From positions 82,462,001-82,526,000 of the forward strand of contig NC_086108.1 in NCBI RefSeq assembly GCF_963921235.1: 64,000 bases of DNA. Direction: 5' to 3'. The notes beneath the pieces were generated by a model. The model was given only the letters and a program-made list of their open reading frames with translations. It was not told the origin of the DNA and did not search any database. The DNA is from Mobula hypostoma (Eukaryota). The position numbers were made by a program, and so were the translations under genes. Numbering within the stretch: the stretch's first letter is position 1; each line of letters starts with the position of its first letter. Shown here in pieces: positions 13,401 through 25,400 of the stretch.

Positions 13401-16400
13401 TGACCTGCTGAGTTCCTCCAGCATTTTGTTGTGTTGCTTTGGATTTCCAGCATCTACAATATATCTTGTGTGCCATGAAAGTTACTTTATTCATGTTGCT
13501 TTCATTAGCTAAATGTTTTACTAATCCTAGATTAGTTCCTTCATTGTGAATTGAAGTCACTGATGCTAAAGCTGAGTAAACTGTGATCATAATGTGCTGA
13601 ACCTATTGTAATGCTTGTAAACCGTTAATCTAAAGTTAGAGCTTCATGGTAAAATCAGAGTATTTCCCTATGCTACAGTTAGCTCATTGCAATAGGTCTT
13701 TACCTTTCTTCTGTTGAAGGCTTTGGAAGTGAATAAGCAGCTGAACTGCCTCACAGATTTTCTTCCTGAATGCCAAGCACAGCTTCAGAATACCCAGGTG
13801 AAACGCAAGGGACTACTTTATGGGATCCCCATCAGCATTAAGGACAACATTAACTGCAAGGTATGGGCTCACCAGAGAGTGGATGATATAACTCTTGCTG
13901 CAGGTTGTCTGAAGGAGCGTTAGAGAAGGGATGATGAGTGAATCGCAGAAAATTAATGCCAGATGGAGGCCATTCAGCCCATTATGCCCATGGCAGTCAT
14001 GAGAGTTATCCAGCCTAAACACACTAACCAGATCTAAGGATGCCACTCCTGGCTCTTGAATACAAATACACAACCAAGTGCCTTTCAAACCAATGTGTTT
14101 CCAGTGCTTTCACCCTTCTAGGCAGTGAGCTCCAGATCCTCATCTTCCTGTTGCTGAGAAAAGAAGACATACGACATAGGAGCAGAATTAGGCCATTCAT
14201 CATGGTTGATTTGTTATCCCTGTCAACCCCATTCTCCTTCATTTCATCTTCTCTATAATCATCTACCCTACTTTAAGTGTATGTTCACTGGTTTTGGACT
14301 TTGCTTTATTTATAGAGCATTTTTCATACGACGATGTAGTTCAAAGTGCTTTACAGTGGGTTAAAGTGCAAACATGAAAGTAAAAAAGCAAAATGTTATT
14401 TAAAAGCACGGTTAGATAAATAGGGTTTGAGCTGGCGTTTAAAAGTGTTAACTGACTCTGCACCCCTTTCAGTTTCAGATATTGAATTCCACAGTTTACG
14501 AGCATTGTTGAGGTGGGGCGGGGGGGAGAAGCTGACCTGCCAGTTATCTTTTGAGGGATATTGTTTAAATGTAAGAGACCGATGAGAAAAGGACCTGAGA
14601 GATCGAGCAGGATTATAAAATGGAAGTGTTTCTGTGATGTACTCTGATACAAAACCATTGAAAGCTTTAAAAACAAGTAAGAGAAAAATGACCTAGTGCT
14701 TTAAACTAAAACTTTAAAATTAATTCTAAAAGGCACAGGAAGCCAGTGCAGGGTAGTTAGAATAGGAGTGATATGTTCCTTCATCCTGGTTTTAATTACA
14801 AGTCTAGCACTGGTGTTCTGAATGAGTTGAAGTTTGTCAATAGATTGCTTTGGATGGCCAGTAAAAAGTGCATTGCAGTAATCTTGCTTATTTGATATAA
14901 AGGCATGAGTTAGTTTTTCAGGCAACATACATCAAAGTTGCTGGTGAACGCAGCAGGCCAAGCAGCATCTATAGGAAGAGGCGCAGTCGACGTTTCAGGC
15001 CGAGACCCTTGGTCAGGACTAACTGAAGGAAGAGTGAGTAAGGGATTTGAAAGTTGGAGGGGGAGGGGGAGATCCAAAATGATAGGAGAAGACAGGAGGG
15101 GGAGGGATAGAGCCGAGAGCTGGACAGGTGATAGGCAAAAGGGGATACGAGAGGATCATGGGACAGGAGGTCCGGGAAGAAAGACGGGGGGGGGGGTGAC
15201 CCAGAGGATGGGCAAGAGGTATATTCAGAGGGACAGAGGGAGAAAAAGGAGAGTGAGAGAAAGAATGTGTGCATAAAAATGAGTAACAGATGGGGTACGA
15301 GGGGGAGGTGGGGCCTTAGCGGAAGTTAGAGAAGTCGATGTTCATGCCATCAGGTTGGAGGCTACCCAGACGGAATATAAGGTGTTGTTCCTCCAACCTG
15401 AGTGTGGCTTCATCTTTACAGTAGAGGAGGCCGTGGATAGACATGTCAGAATGGGAATGGGATGTGGAATTAAAATGTGTGGCCACTGGGAGATCCTGCT
15501 TTCTCTGGCGGACAGAGCGTAGATGTTCAGCAAAGCGGTCTCCCAGTCTGCGACGGGTCTCACCAATATATAAAAGGCCACATCGGGAGCACCGGACGCA
15601 GTATATCACCCCAGTCGACTCACAGGTGAAGTGATGCCTCACCTGGAAGGACTGTTTGGGGCCCTGAATGGTGGTAAGGGAGGAAGTGTAAGGGCATGTG
15701 TAGCACTTGTTCCCCTTACACGGATAAGTGCCAGGAGGGAGATCAGTGGGGAGGGATGGGGGGGACGAATAGACAAGGGAGTTGTGTAGGGAGCGATCCC
15801 TGCGGAATGCAGAGGGGTGGGGAGGGAAAGATGTGCTTAGTGGTGGGATCCCGTTGGAGGTGGCGGAAGTTATGGAGAATAATATGTTGGACCCGGAGGC
15901 TGGTGGGGTGGTAGGTGAGGACCAGGGGAACCCTATTCCTAGTGAGGTGATGAGAGGATGGAGTGAGAGCAGATGTATGTGAAATGGGGGAGATGCGTTT
16001 AAGAGCAGAGTTGATAGTGGAGGAAGGGAAACCCCTTTCTTTAAAAAATGAAGACATCTCCCTCGTCCTAGAATGAAAAGCCTCATCCTGAGAGCAGATG
16101 CGGCGGAGACGGAGGAATTGCGAGAAGGGGATGGCGTTTTTGCAAGAGACAGGGTGAGAAGAGGAATAGTCCAGATAGCTGTGAGAGTCAGTAGGCTTAT
16201 AGTAGACATCAGTGGATAAGCTGTCTCCAGAGACAGAGACAGAAAGATCTAGAAAGGGGAGGGAGGTGTCGGAAATGGACCAGGTAAACTTGAGGGCAGG
16301 GTGAAAGTTGGAGGCAAAGTTAATAAAGTCAACGAGTTCTGCATGCGTGCAGGAAGCAGCGCCAATGCAGTCGTCGATGTAACGAAGGAAAAGTGGGGGA

Positions 16401-19400
16401 CAGATACCAGAATAGGCACAGAACATAGATTGTTCCACAAACCCAACAAAAAGGCAGGCATAGCTAGGACCCATACGGGTGCCCATAGCTACACCTTTAG
16501 TTTGGAGGAAATGGGAGGAGCAAAAGGAGAAATTATTAAGAGTAAGGACTAATTCCGCTAGACGGAGCAGAGTGGTGGTAGAGGGGAACTGATTAGGTCT
16601 GGAATCCAAAAAGAAGCGTAGAGCTTTGAGACCTTCCTGATGGGGGATGGAAGTATATAAGGACTTGACATCCATGGTGAAAATAAAGCGGTGGGGGCCA
16701 GGGAACTTAAAATCATCGAAAAGTTTAAGAGCGTGAGAAGTGTCACGAACATAGGTCGGAAGGGATTGAACAAGGGGTGATAAAACAGTGTCGAGGTATG
16801 CAGAAACGAGTTCGGTGGGGCAGGAGCAAGCTGAGACAATAGGTCGGCCAGGACAGGCAGGTTTGTGGATCTTGGGTAGGAGGTAGAAACGGGAAGTGCA
16901 GGGTGTGGGAACTATAAGGTTGCTGGCAGTGGATGGGAGATCCCCTGAGCGGATAAAGTCGGTGATAGTGTGGGAGACAATGGCCTGGTGCTCCTTAGTG
17001 GGGTCACGATCGAGGGGTAAATAAGAGGAGGTGTCCGCGAGTTGTCGCTGTGCCTCGGCAAGGTAGAGGTCAGTACGCCAGACTACAACAGCACCCCCCT
17101 TATCAGCGGGTTTAATAATAAGGTTAGGATTAGTGCGGAGGGAGTGGAGAGCAGAGCGTTCCGAAGGAGTGAGGTTGGAATGGGGACAAGGTGCGGTGAA
17201 GTCGAGACGGTTGATGTCCCGTCGGCAGTTGGCAATAAAGAGATCCAGAGCAGGCAGAAGACCAGAGCGAGGCTGTCCATGAAGAAGAGGAGGGTTGAAG
17301 ACGGGAGAAGGGGTCATCGGTGGGGGTGGAAGAGTCCTTGCCGAAGAAGTAGGCTCGGAGACGGAGACGGCAGAAGAAAAGTTCTGCATCATGGCGAACA
17401 CGGAACTCACTGAGGTGTGGGCGAAGGGGGACAAAGGTGAGGCCCTTACTGAGAACAGAGCGTTTAACACAGTTAGTTAAAACAGTTAGTTTTTCAGCAT
17501 CATTATGTGACAGAAACAGACGTACCTTTATTGTCAGGGAGACATAGTTCAGATAACTGGCTGTATTAATTTGGCTTTAATAAGATCTCCGATTTAAAAA
17601 CAAGGTCTGAAGAGTCTTAAAAATGTGTTTACAATAAAAGCCATATTTCAAAGGGATCTCACATTTTGAAGAGCTAGTGTAGATTAAACCGAGTGCCCTG
17701 AAGTGCTGCAACAAGGGAGCTAGATTTTAAGAGTAGAAGGTTATTTCTGTTAACACCTTTTATAGGACAGTTCAATTTGGGGGCCCTTTCTGTGATAGTT
17801 GTCTGAATAGGATGGGTAACATTTACAGAACTGGTGGATTGTGAGGAGGAATTGGGGAAAGATCACTCGTGCCATTGATTGTAAATAGTCATACACGCAA
17901 GTTTGCCAGAGTGCGAAAATGTTTGCAAACAGCATCTGTGAGCACAGGCTGTGGGTGAAGACTCGTTAGGTTTGAAAAATGTGGCACATTCCCAAAATAG
18001 ATTAAAATTTTCAATGTTTAGGGCTCTACATTGAGCCTGAAGCCAATTATGCAGCCTTATTCCTTATTTACTCCATCTAAGCTTCTTTTATAATATTAAA
18101 CTAATTAAATTAAGTTTCCCTTCATCCTTTTCTCTTCTAATTTAAACAACCCCAAAGTTCCTCAAGGTCAAAACTGCTGTGGAATTGTATGTTTCACTCT
18201 TCCAAAATTCAGCAGACACAAGTTACAGCTGTTCAACTTCTCTTTGCAAGACAAACCAGCCACTCCAGCATTTAGTCTGATGAATCTTTTCTGAATTACT
18301 TCCAACTCACTAATGTCCTTGTATAAGGATGCCAATGTTAACCCAGTACTCTATATGTGGTTTCAGCAGTATCATTTATAACTTGAAGTATAGCTTTTCT
18401 GTTTTTGAATTCAATTCCCTTAACAACAAATTCCTCTAGTAATAAATTACTTGCTGTACCTTTATCCTAGCCTTTCAGAATTGTGCACTAGGATGCCCAG
18501 ATCCTCCTTTATCTCAGAAATCTTGAGTGAGTGATGCTTCTGATTGTCAGGATCAACCACAGATATTGCATGCTAGCTGTCTAGATACACAATCCAAAGC
18601 GGTACGATACTGAGTGCAAGCTGTTGCCCATGTAGCAAGCTCCCCTTCTCAATGCGTCTGATGAACCCAAAGGAAAGGCAGAGACTGATACAGTTTGGTA
18701 CCAACAGCATTGCAGGAGTTGCCAGTTGGCGTTGAACTCAATGTAGGACTGCCCCTGAGGGATTTCAGCTCTGGATTTTTTTTTTGGGGGGGGGGGTGGT
18801 GTTTATTCCCGAAGCCTTCCCATGAGTGGGTATAGCTGCAAGGCAGCAGAAGTTTGTAGTCAGAGTTTTCCTTCTAGTTGAGCTGCCAGCCATGGGTGAT
18901 GAGACCCATCTGCCTGAAGTGACTGGTTTTAAGGCACCAGAAACCCACTTTTGTCCCCCCTTTCTCCTGTCAGCAGAAACAGCTCTGTTGGTCTTAGTAG
19001 CTAAGCTAAGCATGAAGGCCAGGAGCTGGACTTGGTTGTCAGAGGCTATTTGAGGCATCAGAAGCCATTGGGGGCATGTAATACGTAGTGCTAGCTTGTC
19101 CTCATTACCACCACGGGCTATAACTACCTTAAGGAACCAGAGATCTAGAATATCCTGCTTTTTTTTTTATAACCTTCCATAATTCTTTTACTCTATCAAA
19201 TGTTCACTCTAAATAGCAAAAGATCTGGAATATCCTGCTATGTGGGGTGAATATTTGATGAAGTGAAATAATTGTGGCAAAGTTACAGAAATGGATATGA
19301 TATGGACATATCTGATTTGGGGAGAAATCAACTTCGAAACAGTTCACAGGAAACGCATCCCTCCGAAATCCAGCGATTGCCTGTACGACTCATGCAAAAC

Positions 19401-22400
19401 CTATTGTATAAATTTTGTGGATGCAATGTTGCAGCTTTGAAGTGCATCAGACATTGTATGTAAACATTGCAGTTGTTGCTGTGATTTGCGGGACCCGCAA
19501 ATAGTGATTGTTGGGTGCAACATTTGAAGAGAGAACCAGTGTTTACAGTTGAAAGCAACAACCTGCAAAGTTCACTCTCTTCCTTTCAACACAAATTCTG
19601 CCTGACCTGTTAAGTGTTTCCAGTGTTTCATATTTTTACTTGTGGTGAATGAAGAAAGGCTACTTGAGGATTTTTCGGGCCAACATTGCTGAACCTTACT
19701 TTTGATTGCAGGATTTGGAGTCCATCCAAATGTGATTTTTGTCGCCTTTGTTGTTTATTGAGCTTGTCCTCCGGTTTCCCATCCCTTCCCATCTCTACCA
19801 AGCCTCCAATCTTCTGTTATCCACCATTATCTAAGTAACATAGGAAATAGAGGTTTTTAGTCAAGAAGAATTCTTTTTATTGTTTAAACACAGGGCCATG
19901 ATTCGACTTGTGGACTTAGAAAATTCTTAAACTGGCCTGCAGTTAAAGACAGTGTCATAGTCCAAGTGCTAAAGAAACAAGGGGCCATACCTTTTGTGAA
20001 AACTAATGTCGTCCAGTGCTTGCTAAGGTAATGTGTTTTGCTGAGCTGCACCTAGAAGCAGATTTGGACTAATAACTGAAAGGTCTTTTAAAAGTTAATT
20101 GCTTCTGAATGAACTGGGGAAATCGAAACACTTCTGTTCAGATGATTATAATGTATTCATAATGACTATTAGAGGTAGTGTCACTATGTTTTGATGTTCA
20201 CTTTCAGGAAAACATCAGAAAGATGTGGTAACAGCCTTTGCACAACTTTGTTTAGCAAAGGGCAAAGGGCGCAGTACAAAGAATCCCTGCTATTTGGAAG
20301 TATGTTATCCAGCAAGTTATATAGATAACAAACTAAGAAGTAAAAACAGATTTTTAAAGAAAAGTTCTAAACTTTTATTTTTGAGCATGAACTCAGACTT
20401 AGACATAAATGAATAGAAAATCTATATTATCATAAACTTCAAAAATAATATATTTATATCACAATAGGTGTTTTGTTAATTCCAAATCTCATTACAACTA
20501 TGTTATACTGGTGACTTGGTTCTGATGGGTACATACTACAATCAACAAACCTCTGAAAAGCTGGCCAACAGTAACAAAATCCACCATCTTTGTTGTCTGG
20601 ATTAAGTCTTACTTGAAACACAGGAGTTACAATCTTTTGTGAATGCTCTCTGCAATTCATTGCTTTGTTTTTGTGAAAGCTATTATTGTTGGGCAATGGG
20701 AGCAAAGTGGGACATGATCTTGTCGTAATTAAGTGGCATCTTTGATTTATATTCCATCAGTAGGATAGGTCTTTTCTATTCATCCTAATATTCCCCTATC
20801 CTATTTCTCCTATTATTCGCCATCTACGAATAAACGCTTCTTGGACTTCCTGCTGGGAACAGGCCCCGATTATAACTGACATTTCAATGACAAACCCTGC
20901 CATCTTCATCATCCCTGAGTATTAAATATAATATACACATAATATGAAATATAATATATATAATAGTTGAATTAAATAGTGCAAAAATAGAATTAAAAAA
21001 AGCAATGACCTAGTGTTCATGGATTTAATATCCATTCGGAAATCAGATGATGGGGGAGGAGGGGGAAGCTGTTCCTGATTTGTTGAGTGGTGTGCCTTCA
21101 CGCTGCTGTGCCTCTTTCCTGATGGTAGGAATGAGAACAAGGCATGACCTAGGTGATGAGATTCCTTAATGATGGATGCCAGCTTCTTGAGCCATCTTTC
21201 CTTGCAGATGGCCTGGATACTATGGAGCCTCATGATGAAGCTGACCAAGCTTACAACTCTTTGCAGTTTACTCCGACCCTGAACAGTAGCCCTTCCCACC
21301 TCACCCCCCGCATACCAAATGTTGATGGGAGTGTTTTTGGAGACTTACCAAATCTCTCACGCCCCTAATGAAATATAACCAGTGTTGTGCTTTCTTTGTA
21401 GCTACAGATGTGTTGGGTCCAGGCTAGATGCTCAGAGCTATTGACACTCAGAAATTTGAAACTGCTCATTCTTGCCACTTCTGATCCCTCTGAGGACTGA
21501 TGTGTGATCCCTTGTCTTGCCTTTTCTGAAGCCCACAATCAGTTCTTTGGTCTTGCAGAACATTCCTGAAGGCAGCGTCCTGCAGCGCCTCTACCCACGT
21601 TGTCATTGCCATACAGACAGAAAGCACTGAGTCATCTCCTATGGAGCACATTTTGTGCTGCCAGCACATAGAAGCATGGAGGAAAGGGAAATTGGGGTAG
21701 CCATGTCAGGCTGCACTCTGCTGTTTATCTTGTCACTGTCTCCCACTCCATTCCACACCTTCTGATACCTGATGGGTCCCCAAGCCGTTACCATATTATC
21801 ATCTTTGCCAGTGAAACTTGTGGGCAAAAATGTTGCGCCGAAAAATGAGTACCAAAACATTGATGTCCCAGTGAGGATTCTTTAATTCACGGTCTTTACC
21901 TATTTGCAGAAGATTTTTCTCCTTGTTTTATCAAGAATGGGATATGCAGGTGATGCTTTTGCCATCCAATTGCTGTCAGTCAACTGCTGCCTATCAATTG
22001 ATCTTGGTTGTTAGTCTGATGTTAGGCGCAACTCAGTCCAGCTAAAATGTATTGAGGGGATTGGAGCTTCCCCATGTTTGCTAGTCAATGCTTGAATGGT
22101 TACTAATGTACATAAAAAAGACTTTTATGCGCAAATAGTGCACAACTGGGCCAATTTTTTTGGGTAATAGGCTGGGAGGATGAATCACCAAGTCCTGTTT
22201 ATTGAATAACTTTGGCACAGCTTAGGAGGGATCACTGTGTTACCTTTGTGTGGGACAGTTAAGAAAGATTATCAGCTAAGTTCAGGAAAATACAGAACAC
22301 CTTGTGATAATGATTTGTTCTTTGCAAAAGCTATGAGTGCTCTAATTCCATTTTTGGGCGAACTGTCAACCCCCGCGACCACAAGCGGACGCCCGGAGGA

Positions 22401-25400
22401 TCGTCTGGTGGGGAGGCTGCCCTGATTGCAGCGGGAGGCTCCATCCTTGGCATTGGGAGTGATATTGGTGGCAGCGTCCGAGTGCCAGCTTCATTCTGTG
22501 GCATATGTGGCTTCAAAGCAACTGGCAACCGAATAAGGTAAATAGAACCAAATGATCTTTACAGTCCTGGTGAAGGGTCTGGTCCCAAAACGTTGACTGC
22601 TTATTTATTTCCGTAGATGCTGACTGGCCTGCTGGATTTCTTCAGCATTTTGTGTGTGTGTTGCTTCAAAGTATCGTTACTTTTGAGAATACCAAAATTT
22701 CATTTGTATTGGAATGGTGGTTTCCTACCAATCCTGCTGGCCATGATGCCAACCGAAGCTCATTGCATTTGGCCCATATACCTCAAATATTTTTATCCAA
22801 ATCTATTTTAATTCAGTTCAAGTTTAATTGTTATTCAACTGTACATGAATACAGCCAAATGGGACTGTGTTACTTTGGGGTCAAGGCGCTAAAACACATT
22901 ACCAACAGTCACACACAAGAACACATTCACAGAGTAAAAGAGTCCTCCACTCCCCGCGGCTTGATCCGCAGCCCTTGCACCTACAAGTCAACAAACCCAT
23001 GCAGAGTATCAGTAAAATATGACGCAGAATATGCATGTGTATAGTCCAGACCTCCCAGCCCACCGAAACCATCTGTCGACTCACTCTGATGCCCGCCAGG
23101 TGACACTGCAGCTTTGAGGCCCAGTCGTTGCACGTACAAGCACATATAGAATATTAGTAAAAATTACAAATGTTACTGTACCTGCCTCAACTACTTTCCC
23201 TGGTATCTCGTTCCGTATTGGCATAATCTTCTGCATGAAGAAATTGCTCCTTGGGCCCTCTTTAAATCTTTCTCCTGCATCTTAAATCTGTGTTCTCTAC
23301 TTGGAAATCTCAAGATTTAAATCATATCTTTTGAATTAATGGACATGGATGGTGTTATCTGTTAACTTAATTCAACATTTTGTTAAGAAAATTCAGAAGC
23401 CAGTTTTTTATGGACGAATCATGACCCTTGTTATTTCAAATCTGGTACAGCTCATTGCTCTTCCTGTTTCCTATAAAGTTGTTAATTTGGAAAGTATGAT
23501 GCTGTCTGAACATAAAGAATGGTGGCATAGTAGCACAGCATTTAGTGCAATGCTTTGCAGTGCCAGCTGTAAGATCAGGGTTCAGTTTAGCAAGGTTATT
23601 GCTGTGACTCAGTCTCCGGGTCCACCGCTTTCCACCCAATTCCAGGGACTGTTGGTTTCGTGAGTAGGAAGAGAGGAGGAGGTCTTCATGAACTTGCTCA
23701 TGGGACTGGCTAGAACAGCCATCTGTGGATCCCGGAAGTGGGTGGCAGAGGGTTCAGCACGGGCAATATTTATGGGGTATGTCCGTGCCCGGGTAACTAT
23801 TGAGAGGGAACATGCACTATTCATGGGTACCATGAGGGCGATCTGGGATCGTTGGGATCCACGGGGTGGGGGGATTAGTGCCATCACTGATCGGGATGGG
23901 AACATTTTAGTTTAATTTAGTTTGTCTAGTAATTATGTCAGTCACTATCCTGTACATATCTGTATTATACTGTAGTAATGGTGTTTTGTGAACCAAAAAA
24001 AGTTACTGAATTGTGGGCATGCTTCAGTGGTGCTGGAAAGTTTGTGAAGCCTGTAGAATCTTCTCTAATTTTGTATAAACTTGACCTAAATGTGATCAGA
24101 TATTCACATAAGTCCTAAAACTAGACAGAGAACCCCATTAAATAATAACACAAAAACATTATACTTGTTCATTTATTTTTTGACAAAAGTGATCCAATAT
24201 TACATCTATTTTTTTGGGGGGGATAAAAACGGTATGTGAACTTTTGCTTTCAGTAGCTGGTGTGACCACCACGTACAGCAATAGCTTCAACCAAACTTTC
24301 CCTGCACCTTGCTTGGAGGAATTTTAGGCCATTCCTCCTTACAAAACTGCTTCAACTCTGGGATGTTGGTGGGATTCCTTGCATGAACTGCTTGCTTCAG
24401 GTCCTTCCACAACATTTCTGTAGGATTAAGGTCAGGACTTTGACTCAGTCGTTCCAAAACACGAATTCTATTCTTTTTAAACCATTCTGTTGTTGATTTA
24501 ATTTTGTGTTTTGGATCATTGTCTTGTTGCATTATCCAACTTCTATTAAGCTTCAAGTGATGGACTGCTACCCTGACATTGATACAGTTTTGAATTCACT
24601 GTCCAGGCCCTGAGGCAGCAAAACACACCAAACCATGATGCTCCTTTCACCATGCTTCACAGTTGGAATGAGGTTTTGGTGCTGGTGTGCAGTGTCCTTT
24701 TTCCTCCAAACATAGCAGTGTGCATTTCTGCCAAAAAGTTCAACTGTCTCATCTGTCCACAGAATAATGTCCCTGAAGCACTGTGGAACATCCAGGTGGT
24801 CATTTGCAAACTTGAGATGTGTTTGTTTTTTTTTGGAGAGCAGTGGTTTCCTTCATGGTGGCCTTCCATGAGTACTACTCTAGTGTTTTTCTTGTAGTGG
24901 ACACATGAGCAAAGACTTCAACAGGTATTAGATTTCTGCAGGTCTTCTGCTGTTGCCTTTGGGTTCTGTTTCACCTCCTTCAGCATTGTATGTGGTGCTC
25001 TTGGTGTGATCTTTGCAGGATGCCCACTCCTAGGGGAGAGTAGCAACAGTACTGAGTTTCCTCCATTTGTAGACAATTTCTCTTACTATGGACTGATGAG
25101 CTCTCAAGTCTTTAGAAATGTTTTTGTTGCCTTTTCCATCTTCATGCTTCCCTACAATTCTTCTCCTAGTTTCCTCTGAAAATTGCTTTGATTTGAGCAT
25201 GGTGCATGTAAGCAGGTCTTTCTTGAGAAGAGCAGGCTCTGTCAGTAACCTGACTTTGTATGTCTTTTTTTTAAATATATAGGGCAGGGCACCTCTAATC
25301 CTCCAATCTCATTTCATTGATTGGAACACCTGACTTCAAATAACTTTTGCAGAAGGCATTACCCTAGAGGTTCACAACAAAAACAAATATTTTTCTCCAA

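Larger units (their letters stand above)
14305..18050 (-). mobile_element. L2-clade LINE 3' fragment, interrupted by the Penelope insertion (pieces about 14305..14921 and 17484..18050)
   Basis: ORF 14701..14928 HAFIS..DYCNAL..LQLIQN..ARL..HITPIL..LHWLPV..RINFK is the typical L2 C-terminus; the sequence resumes after the TSD. Confidence 0.8.

Noticed and set aside
17274..17470. N-terminal part of the 575-aa Penelope ORF as listed (MLNALFSV...)
   Set aside because: Wrong frame; the real protein ([19 protein letters not shown]) lies in another frame upstream of a frameshift near 17273.
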